DNA of 64,000 nt from Burkholderiaceae bacterium (GTDB taxonomy: Bacteria > Pseudomonadota > Gammaproteobacteria > Burkholderiales > Burkholderiaceae_D), in assembly GCA_036560485.1 (NCBI GenBank), contig DATBRC010000065.1:1020-65019 (forward strand), given 5' to 3'. The notes below the pieces were generated by a model. It made no database searches, had not been told where the DNA came from, and was given only the letters and a program-made list of their open reading frames with translations. This document shows, piece by piece, positions 38,965-50,900 of this stretch. How positions within the stretch are numbered: position 1 is the first letter of the stretch; each line of letters starts with the position of its first letter. The translations under genes were made by a program, and so were the position numbers.

Positions 38965-41900
38965 TTACCGCGACGTCTTGCGCTCACGCGAACGATTTCG
39001 ACGCTGCATTGCAGCGCGTCTTTCTTGTCCGGCATTACGCGCTGCATCTGCGGCTGGAGCGGGTGTTTGACCACCATGCTGCCCGAGGAATATTGCCAAC
39101 TTCTCAATAGTGGTGGAATTGAACAACTCGACCATGGGAAACTCGATATTCATTTGCTGCTGAATCTCGTGATGCAGTTTGACGATCAAGAGCGAATTGG
39201 CACCGACATCGAAGAAATTATCCTTGATGCCGATCGGCTCTGCCGCGCCGAATACGCTGGTGGCAATCGCCGTCAGCGTTTCTTCCAGCTCATCGCGTGG
39301 TGCAATTTTCTCTACTTTGGCTGAGCCGGACTGTGCAAAAGTTTTGCGTAAAGCTGCCAGATCAATTTCACCGCTTGCTGTTTTTGGCAAAGACTCAACC
39401 TGAATATATTGCACATGCAATGACAAACCAAATTCGTCGGTTAGCACTGCTTCAGCGGCAACCTCATTCGTGATGCCTGGTTCATTGGCCGCGAAATAAC
39501 ACACCAGCTGTCGATCCGACGGTTGAACGTCCGTCACCAGCTGTCGAATATTGGGTCTGGTATCGTCCAGGCCGATCAGTACATTGCGGCGGCCGTGATA
39601 CAACACCACCAGCATCGAGAACAATCCCTTGCTCGCCACAATCGGTGTAAAGCCGAGTGCTTTCGACAAACTCTCCGCTTGCTTGTACTGGCTGCCCATG
39701 CCGGTGTCATGCCAGAGACTCCAGCTGATGCACACGCTACGGACATTTTTGTTGTCGCGCACCGATTCGACAAAGGCTTCCTGATAACGATTGCCGATGT
39801 TGTACGCCGCCATGCCGCTGCCGCCGAAGAATCCATTGACCGACGAAAAATTTACAAACAAGGTATCGGTCCTGTGGTTGCAAATGTTATAGAGCACGCG
39901 CGTTCCGGATGTCTTGGCGCGCAGCACATCATGCAAGCTGTGTATCGTTTGTCCGGCCATCGCTTCTTCATGCGCCAGACCGGCAAGATGAAATACACCC
40001 GCCAATTTTTGTTTCCACTCTGCTTCCGCTTTGTCCACAGCAGATTCGACCGCCGCATGGTTGCAGATATCCGCATCGGCATATTGCACATTGCCCATGC
40101 CGGCGAGCTGATCCAGCATGTCCTTCTTGTCGGCCGGCAGTTTTTCCAACGGTGTCCTGCCGATCAACAATAATTTTGCGTTAAATTGTTTCAACAACAT
40201 CCTGGCGAGCTCGTAACCAATTCCGCCCAGCCCGCCCGAAATCAGATAACCGCCGCCGGAGACGAGCGGCATCTCGCGTTTTTCGCGAATGACCCGGCGC
40301 TCCTTGCGCAAGCGTACGACAAGCCGCTTGCCATCGCGGTAAGCGACTTCATCGATTGCATGATAAGTCACGATTTCGCGCTTCAACCATGCTGCATGGT
40401 CGGCGATATCATTGCCTTCAAAATCTACATGGTGACATTTGAGCCATGCAAATTCTTTTGGCAAAGTCTTCATCAGCGCCAGCGTAGCCGCCTTGTCGGG
40501 GCTGATGACATCGCTGCCATTCACGCATTGTGCTTTGCGTGCAGCCCAAATCCAGCGCATGGTCGGCGGCGTCTCCAATGCAGCAAATGCCTGCGCCAGA
40601 TACCATGCCGAATACAATCCGATCGCATCGGACAACGTGGCTTTAGTCAACAGCGCATCGGCAGTGCGTGCATTCGATTCATAATCCCACAGGTTCACGA
40701 CACGGCTGATCGTGATTGAACGTTGGGTCAGCGATGCTACCAACTGCACGTAATGTTCCTGTACGCCCGGATTGATTTGATAAGAATCGCCACGGTCTTG
40801 ATATGCCTGCCCCTGTGTAACTGTGATCACATGGCCCGACAAACCAAGTGCAGCCGCGCAACCTGCAAAGTCGGCAAACACAAGCGTCGCACCGACAGGA
40901 GATAACTCGACCACATTATTCAAACGCTTTTGCACCCATGTCTTGCTGAACGACCAATCAGGCAATGTGTTCTCATTGCGCTCCGCCAGATCGAGTGCGC
41001 GCAATGCATAATCGAATTCACCACGATTGAATGATTGCGCTAGTTTGATTAATTGAATCTTGCCGATTTCCGTCTTCGGCACCTGATCTTTTTCCACCGG
41101 AACAATAAAGGATGGATTGATGCCGATTTTTTCCACGACGGCTTGACGAATCAGTTTGATCAGCCCCAACAGAGGTTCGCCTTTTTGCGCGGTGTTGAAG
41201 AAAATCGCCAGCTGATCGCTGTTGCTGCCATTGCGGCGCACTGCGCATGCGCCGGTATAGGACACCACGACGCCTGGCACGGTTTCCACCACTTCGGCAA
41301 TCTCATGACCGTAGAAATTCACGCCATTGATAATGATGACGTCTTTCTCGCGCCCGGTGATTGTCAATTCGCCATTCTGGATGAATGCCAGATCACCTGT
41401 CTTGAACCAGCCATCCTGTGTGAAAACATCCTTGTTGACGTTCTCACCGCCCAGATAGCCCTTGGTCACTGTCACACCGGATACTTGCAAACGGCCGGAC
41501 TGCCCTTCCATCATCACCTGATCATGTTCATCGACGATACGCATGTTGACACCCGGGATCGGGCGTCCTACCGAAACGAATACCGTGTCATCGCTGCCGT
41601 AAGTCAACTGCAGACGTTTTGCATAGGTCACACCGGATGAAATTTCAGACATGCCGTAAACAGGTTTCACCGAATCTTCAGCAAGCTTGAATTGTTGCAG
41701 CAGCTCGATGAACGCCTGCGTAGTTTTCGGCACCACGGCTTCTGCACCGTTCAGCATGAAGTGCAGGCAACTTAAATCAAGCGTCAACTTCTTCAGTTCC
41801 TCCTGACGCTCGACAATCAAAGCGAAAGCAAAATTGGGCGCCCAAGTGATATTGACCCTATGCTGATCGATCAATCGCAACCAGCGCAACGGATCGGCCA

Positions 41901-44900
41901 GGATGTAATCCGTATCGGCTTGCACTTGTGTCGCGCCAAGATACGCATCGCGGATATGGAAGTAGATGATGCCACCGACGTGATCCAGCGCCATCCAGTT
42001 CAACGACACCATGTCGGAATGGAAGCCGTTCATTTGTGCCGAACCGAGTGTGCGGCCAATCAGGTTGGCATGGGTCAGCTGCACACCCTTCGGCAAACCG
42101 GTGCTACCCGATGTCAGCATGATCAGCGCCACATCATCGGATGCGCCTTGATGGAAATCATGCGCTGGTTCAGCTTCATACAACGATGTAATCTCATGCA
42201 CATCGAAAGCGTCGATCTTCTCCAGCGTACCGATATGGCGCACGCCTTCAACAATATTTTCACCGGCGAGGACGATCGCCTTGTCCATCATGTTCCATGC
42301 ATGCGCAACTTTGACAGTTTGCGCATTGCTGGTTCGGTAGTTCTTTGCTGCTGCGATTGGAACCGGAATGAAACCGCCTAACTCACAAGCCCAGAACGAG
42401 ACGATGAAATCCTCGTTCCGATCGAATTGAAAAATAACCTTGCTGCCAACCGTCAATCCCGTTGCGCGCAAACCGCCCAACACACATTGCGCTTTATGCA
42501 GCAGCTTTACATACGACATGCTGGTTGTCGAGTTATCTGCATGGTAAAACTCGATGACCTTGTCGCCATGTACTTGTGCCGTATTGATGATCATGTCGGC
42601 CAAACTATTTGGACGTCTGATCACCTCAATGATCGGCTCGCTGATGATGAGCGCAGGAGACTTCGATATCGATTCGTTGTTGATTTTTCTGGTCTTGCTA
42701 ACAATCGATGCAGCATTGCCGCTTGTACCGCGCGCCTCTATCGGCAACAAGTCGAGCAAATGCGATACCGGCTGCTGTTCGCTGATCATTTGCGATATGA
42801 CCACTGCCTCATTGATCTTGCCAATTTGACTTACCTTGCCTGTCCACAATTGTCTTGTCACCGGATTGTGCACTGCATACTTGTACAACTGCCTTGCATT
42901 GACTTCGCCATGTCTGGTCAACGGAATCGCGCCAACCTTGACACAAGCAAACACGTTGATATCTGTGAATCCAGATGACTGCAGATACTGTGTGAAATCC
43001 TCTGCATCCGGCTCTTCATCTTTGCAAACCAGATAGACAACGATTTGATTACCTAACTCGGCATGTTCCCGAATCGCGACATGGCAATCCTGCACATCAG
43101 GTCTCGTCAGCAACTGCTGTTCGACGACACGTGGATATACGAGTTGATTATTGATCAATGCAACATCGTCGACAGACGACAACAAGACCAGTCCATTGGC
43201 AGTCTGGCGTGCGGTGAAACCGCTGGCCAACAGCTTATACAAACGGCCGTTAATGTTTACTTCAGCGATGCGGCCATTCAAAAGGGTGGACGTATCCGTC
43301 TGGCCTTTTATCTCGAAATACAATTTGCCAACAACACCATGCGGCACGGCATTACCTGTGGCATCAAGAAGATAATAATTCGCGATATCGCTTTCCGACA
43401 CAATTGCTTTGCCATATAGCGCACGCAAAATCGGATAGGCATCCAGCGTAATTGAAGCAGGCGTAATCGCGTTATCGGGTGCAAGCGATAGTCCGGACAC
43501 CTTATGCTGCGGACTGGCAATAATGGCATTCAGCAAATGAATGAATGCCGATACGAAGCCCTGAATCGTTTCGCGTTTAAATAGATCGGTGTTGTATTCA
43601 AAACTGCCGGACAAGCCATCGGGCGTAGTCATGAACTCCAACAGCAAATCGAACTTGGCAGTCTTGTTTTCCAGTGCGATGTTGTCGATCGTTATACCGG
43701 GCAACGTGAAGCTGTTGGCCGCTGCATTCTGCTGGAATGAAAATGACACCTGGAACAACGGCGACCGCGATGGATCGCGCTCCGGCAGCACCAAGTCCAC
43801 CACCTTTTCAAACGGTATGTCCTGGTTCGAATAAGCTTCCAGCGTAGTTTTCTTGACCTGCTGCAGCAATGCCGCAAAAGTCGGATCGCCATCCAGATCG
43901 GAGCGTAATGTCAGCGTGTTGGCGAAGAAACCGATCAACGGTTCAATTTCGGCACGCACTCGATTGGCGATCGGTGTGCCGATACTGATATCGGTGTCAC
44001 CCGAATATTTGCCAAGCATCACATTGAATGCGCTCAACAAGGTCATGAACAAGGTAGCGCCTTGATGATGGCTCAACTCGTCCAGTGCAGCGACCATCGC
44101 TTTGTCGATGACAAATGAGGCACGGTCACCGTTGTAAGTCTGATTGCGTGGCCGCTCAAAATCCAGCGGCAATGAAAGCGTCGTCAGATCTTTAAGCTTC
44201 TTGCTCCAATAAACACTTTGCTGTGTCAGCACCGGCCCTTGCAGGTATTCGATTTGCGATACCGCATAATCGGCATACTGCACCGGCAAGTCCTTCAGCT
44301 TCGCTGGAGTCTTGCTCACATTAGCTGAATACAATGCCGTGATTTCGTTGATCAATATGTTAATTGACCAGCCGTCGGCAATAATGTGATGCATGTTGAT
44401 GAATAATCGATATTCATCATCGGCAAACTTGCACAGCGAGACGCGTAACAAGGCATCAGACTCAAGATTGAAAGCCGTCTTTAGCTGTGCATCGATATAA
44501 GCAGAAAATTCTGCTTCCTTCTCTTCAACAGTTCCACCCTCAAGCTCGATTACATCCATAGCCCAATCGATCGATGAGTGAATCTTCTGGAAGCCCTGCC
44601 CTTGATCCGAGATGAAATTGGTGCGCAGTACTTCATGCCGTCCAATCAACGTGACGAAAGCATGGTTAAGCGCATCGACATCCAGGTCGCCGACGATCTT
44701 CATCACGCTCGGCATGTGATAGAAATTGCTGTTCTCTTCGTAACGGTCAAGGAACCACAAGCGCTGCTGTGCGAAGGACAGCGGCACCTTGTCGCGCTGA
44801 TCGAGAATACGAATCGGATTTTCAACGTAGCTCGCGTTGGCGTGTTCGATCACAACCGCAAGGCGCTCAATGGTTGAATTTTCGAAGAATTGCTGCAACG

Positions 44901-47900
44901 ATAATTCGACACTGAATTCCGACCGAACGCGCGCAACGATCTTCGTGGCCAGCAATGAGTGGCCGCCCAGTTCAAAGAAATCGTGGTGCGTGCCGATATC
45001 CTGGATATTGAGGATGCCGGACCAGATATCAGCCAGTCGCTTCTCAACCGGCGATTTCGGCGCGACATACAAATCGTCTTCACCTTCGTTGAGCGGATAA
45101 TTCTGCAGCGCGAGACGATCGATCTTGCGATTCGGCGTCAGCGGCATTGCATCCAATTCCACAAACAATGACGGCACCATATAGTTCGGCAACTTCTCGC
45201 TGACCACTTTGCGCAATTCTGCCGAAGTAAGATGATGCGCATGATCTAATCGCGCATAGAAACACACCAGCCGTGCCAAGCCCTGCTCGTCATCGCGACT
45301 GTTGACCACGACTTCCACAATGCCCGGCACAGTGCGCAATACATCTTCGATTTCAGTCAACTCGACACGGAATCCGCGGATGCTGACCTGGAAATCTTCG
45401 CGGCCGATGAATTCAATTTCGCCATTCGGCAAATAACGCCCAAGGTCGCCGGTCTTGTACATGCGTGACGTTCTGTCATCGCTGAACGGATTCGGAATAA
45501 AGCTCTTTGCCGTTGCTACCGGATCATCGACATAGCAAGTCGCCAGACCAACGCCGGCTGTATGAATTTCGGCAATCACACCGATCGGCACCTGCTTCAG
45601 GTTTTCATCCAGCAAGTACATTTGCGTATTGGGGAATGCCTTGCCGATGGTGAGTTTTTCGCCGACTTGCCTGTACTCATACAAAGTCGAACCGATCGAC
45701 ACTTCCGAATTGCCGTACAGGTTAAGGAAGCGCACACCAAGCGCCGTCCACTTCGCCACTACCGCATCGTTGCAGGGCTCGGCGGAGGAAACCACCACAC
45801 GCAGACTCTTGGGCATGCGATCCACCGGGACGGTGGACAGCAGCGACACCGGCCAGGTCACGTGGGTAATCTGGTTTTCTTCCATGAATTCGTACAAGGG
45901 TTCGTCCGGCAGGTTTTCCTTGGACGTAACGCTATAGATGGTGCCGCCAGGCACCCACGCCATGTACGTGCCCCAGAACGCGATGGAGAAACTCAGCGAA
46001 GCGAACTGCAGCACGCGGCTGTCGGGTGTATGCAATCCGGCCCACTGCTGCGAATTCGCCATGTTGCGGAAGGCGCGATGGCCAACCAGGATACCCTTTG
46101 GCTTGCCGGTGGTGCCGGAGGTGAACAGGATATAAGCCGAATGGCCGGCGCCAATGCGCGGCGGATTGGAGATGGGCTGCGACTGGATCGCGTCCCATTC
46201 TGTATCGAGGGCGACGATCTCGGCGCCAGTATCGGCGAACAGCGGCTTCAAGTGTTCCAGCGTCAAAATGATTTTCGGCTTGGCGACGTCGAGCATGCGC
46301 TCGATGCGGTCCTTGGGATAATTCAGGTCGATGGGCACATAAGTACCGCCGGATTTGGCGACCGCCAGCCCGCTGATGCCGGCCCAAGTCGAACGCTCGA
46401 CCGAAACGCCTACCCTTGCCTCGGGGCCGACGCCGCGGCTTTGCAGGAAATGTGCGAGCCGGTTGGCGCGCGCGTTCAATTCGGCAAAGGTAAATCGGTC
46501 ATCGCCGCAGACATATGCCAGTTTGTTCGGCATGCGTTGCACGGTGCGCTCGAACAAGTGGTGCATACATTCGTCTTGCGGATAATCGATATCCGTTGCA
46601 TTCCAGCGTCGTACCTGCTCCATTTCCTCTTGCGTTACCACCGACAGTTTTTCGATGGCGATCGTGGAATCCGACATCGCGGCTTCCAGAATGGTCTGGT
46701 AATGCTTGGCAATGCGCGCGACCGTTTGCTCACTGAAAATGTCGGTAGCAAACTCGATCACGCCTTTCAGGCCATCGCCTGTTTCTGCCAATGAGAAATT
46801 CAAATCAAGCTTGGCGCTTTGTGTCGGCAGGTTGATCAGTTCGCTGCGCAATCCGGCAAACGAACTCGTCTGTGCCATTTGCTGATTATGCAAACGGAAC
46901 ATCACCTGGAAAATCGGCGGCACACCAAGGCTGCGTTCAGGCTGTACGGCTTCCACCACGCCGTCGAACGGCACGCTGCTATTGCTGAATGCTTCCAACG
47001 CTTCATTACCTACTGCGGCAACCAGCTGCTGGAAATTATCTTTCGCATTGACGCGGCAACGAATCACCAATGTATTGGCGAAGCAACCGATCAATGGCTC
47101 CAATTCCTTTTGCGGACGATTGGCAACGGCTGTACCAACCGGAATATCGTTGGTGCGTCCATAACGCGACAATAAAATCGCGAGGCCTGACAACAGCAAG
47201 TTATACAAGGTCGTATTGTGTTGCCGCGCATACTGGTTCAGGCGCGCTGTCAAACTGAACGGCAAACTGATCGGCAATTCCTTGCCGCGATAACTCTGAA
47301 TCGGCGGACGCGGATAGTCGAGCGGCAGATTCAGCAACGGCGCCAAGCCATCCAGTTTCTTCTTCCAGAAATCGGTCTGCTTGTTGAAGGTATCGCCGAC
47401 GATATTTTTCTGCTGCCATTGCGAATAATCGCCGTATTGCAATTCGAGTTGCGGCAATGGGCTCGGTTTACCGGCACTAAAGCTGCTGTAGAGCGCAATC
47501 AACTCGTTCATCAGAATATTGAGCGACCATCCATCTGCTACAACGTGGTGCACCACCAACGTCACGACATGATTGTCGTCGGCGATACTCAATAGACGAA
47601 TGCGTATCGGCAATTCGTTTTCAAGGTCGAATATATAAGTGAAATCGGCGCGCACCTGTTCTTCGACATCTTCCTCGGCGACCTGCACGATCTGCAGCTT
47701 GAACTCGCTTGCAGGAACGATTGCCTGTAACGGCTCGCCATCCCTGGACGGGAATAAGGTACGCAACGATTCATGGCGCTCAATCAACGCATGGAAAGTT
47801 TTCTGCAATGCCGTAACATTCAACTCGCCATGCATACGCATTGCAAATGGAATGTTGTAGGTATAGCTGCCGCCCTCAAGCTGATGCAGGAACCAGTATG

Positions 47901-50900
47901 GCTTTTGATCGAGCGATAAAGGAATCGAACCAGTTTCTTCCCGCTTGCTGATCGCAGGTAAAGCCGTTCCAGGTGTGTCTTCCTGTCCAGCTAAAAAGAT
48001 CGCCAGCGACTCGACAGTCGTATGGGTAAACAAATCCTTGATCGTCAGCGGCAAGCCCAGTCCATCCTTGACGCGCGATACCACTTGCACCGCAAGCAGC
48101 GAATGCCCGCCGATCTCGAAGAAGTTGCGATTGACGCTGATATTTTTCTGGCCGAGCACTTCAGTCCAGATTGCTGCGATCTTTTCTTCCAGCGGATTTC
48201 TCGGTGCAACGTATGCGATGCTTTGATCGTCGTCCAGCGTAGGCTTGGGCAAACCGAGACGATCAACCTTGCGGTTAGGCGTCAACGGCATTGCATCCAG
48301 TTTCACAAACAGCGATGGCACCATGTAACTCGGCAGCTTGCGGCTGACCAATGCGCGCAACTGTCCGGCATCGAGACCCTGTGCGTCCGGTTTTTCGACA
48401 TAGAAGCACACCAGACGTCCAACCTTGTTTGCATCGAGCTGGCTGACTACAACGACTTCGGCGATGCCGGGCGCGGCACGCAAAACGTTTTCAATCTCGA
48501 CCAGCTCTACACGGAAACCGCGGATGCTGACCTGGAAATCTTCTCGACCTATGAATTCAATTTCACCATTCGGCAAATAACGTCCCAAATCGCCGGTCTT
48601 GTACAAGCGCTCCGGCTTCCCCTTTGCGAATGGATTGGGGATAAAGCTATTGGCTGTCGCTTCCGGATTATCCCAATAACAGGTTGCCAAACCGGCCCCT
48701 GCCGTATGAATTTCTGCGATGACACCAATCGGCACTTGCCGCAAATGTCTATCGAGCAGATACATGCGTGTATTCGGGAAAGCGACGCCTATCGTCAGCT
48801 TCTGGCCGACTTTGTGATACTCATACAAAGTGGAGCCGAGCGACACTTCTGAATTGCCATACATGTTCAGGAAGCGCACGCCGCGCGCAGTCCAGCGTGC
48901 GACGACGGCATCGTTACACGGCTCAGCCGAAGAAATGATCGTTTGCAAACTGTTCGGCATGCGCTCAACCGGCAAGGTTGATAACAGCGAGACCGGCCAT
49001 GTCGCGTGCGTGACTTTTTCACGCTCCAGCAATCCATAAAGTGATTCGCCGGGCAACGCTTCGTCTTGTGTCACAGCGATCAACGTCCCGCCAGGCACCC
49101 ACGCCATGAAGCTGTCCCACATCGAGATCGAAAAGCTCAGCGATGCAAACTGCAACACACGATTATTCGGCGAGTGCAGTTTTGCCCAGCGATGCGATTC
49201 CGGCATGTTGCGGAAACTGCGATGGCTGATCAGGATTGCTTTCGGACGTCCGGTCGTGCCGGAAGTGAACAGGATATAAGCCGAATGATCCGCGCCGATA
49301 TGCGGCAGGTTCTCCGTCGGTTTGGAGGCAACCGTTTCCTGGATCTGCTCGACGTGAATGACTTGCGCAATCCTGTCGTCGAACAGTTCGGAAATTTCAT
49401 CAGTCGTCAAAATGATCTTCGGCTTGACCACATCGAGCATGATGTCGATCCGCTCTCTCGGATATTTTGGATCGAGAGGAACATAGGTGCCGCCAGCCTT
49501 GAATACTGCCAGCATGCTGACGCCAGCCCATGACGTACGGCCGACGCTGACGCCGACCCGTACTTCCGGTCCGACACCAATCGATTGCAGATAATGCGCG
49601 AGCTGGTTTGCCTTGGCGTTCAATTCTGCATAGGTAAAACGATCATTGCCGCACACATAGGCCAGTTTGGCCGGCATCTTTGCACAGGTTTGTTCGAACA
49701 GATGGTAGACACATTCATCCGTTGGATACGGAACGACTGTGTTATTCCAGTTTTCAACCAGATCGAATTCTTCTTTGGATAAAAGATTCAGGCTTTCAAC
49801 TTCTGCATCGGGATGTACCATCGCCGATTCAAGCAGCAACTGGAAATGGCGCGTGATGCGGCGTACGGTTTTTTCCGAGAACAGGTCGGTCGCATATTCG
49901 AGAATGCCTTCGATGCCGGCATCGGTCTCAGCCAGTGAGAAATTCAAGTCGAGCTTGGCGCTTTCGCTCTCGATATTAATCAGTTCAGCTTCAAGATCGG
50001 CGAATTGAATACCTTGGCCAGTCTTGTGATTATGCAGGCGGAACATCACCTGGAATAACGGTGGGACGCCCAGGCTGCGTTCAGGCTGCACTGCGTCCAC
50101 CACGACATCCAGCGGCACTTCCGCATGTTCATAAGCATCAAACACAACGCCATTGACGCGCTTGACCAGATCGATAAAGCTGCGGGTTTGATCAACCTTG
50201 TTACGCAATACCAGTGTATTGGCGAAGCAGCCGATCAATGGTTCCAGATTGGTCTGCGAGCGATTGGCAATTGCCGTGCCGACGACGATGTCTTCACTAC
50301 GGCTGTAACGTGACAGCAGCACATTCAAACCAGCAAGCAACGTATTGAAAAGTGTTGTATTGTTCTTGCGCGAAAATGCATTCAGCGCTTGCGTCAATTC
50401 AAACGGCAGCACAAAACCAACTTCCCTGCCGCGATAACTTTGCACCGGCGGTCGAGGATAATCGGTTGGCAGATCGATCATCGGCGGCACGCCCTTGAGC
50501 TTGTCGCGCCAGTAGCCGACCTGCTTCTCGTAATAAGCACCCACCAGATTCTGCTTTTGCCAAACAGCATAGTCGCCGTATTGCACCTGCAGTGGCGCCA
50601 ACGGATTTTCCTTTTGCGCGACGTGGGCGTTATACAGCTGCGCCAATTCTCCCATCAGGATTCCCAACGACCAGCCGTCGGCCATCGTGTGATGCAACAA
50701 TACCGTCAATACATAATCGTCATCGTATAGCTTGTGCAGCACTGCACGGATCGGAATCTCTTTTTTCAGATCGAACACATGGCGCGCATCCAGTTCAATC
50801 TGTTTGTCGAGGATTTCCTTGTAACGATTATCTTTTTTACTGTCGATAATCAGCTTGAATTCAGGCGAAGGTAAAACCTGCTGCAACGGCGCGCCGTTTT

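Noticed and set aside
45562-46794. 410-aa plus-strand ORF, and many similar ones (e.g. 48022-48852, 53677-54588, 37556-38350, 7929-8744, 24320-25324 on the opposite strand of the binding-protein gene)
   Set aside because: All lie antisense to, and entirely within, genes with unmistakable domain motifs on the other strand. Their translations are low-complexity and Arg/His/Cys/Gln-rich with no recognisable motifs. I treat them as shadow ORFs.
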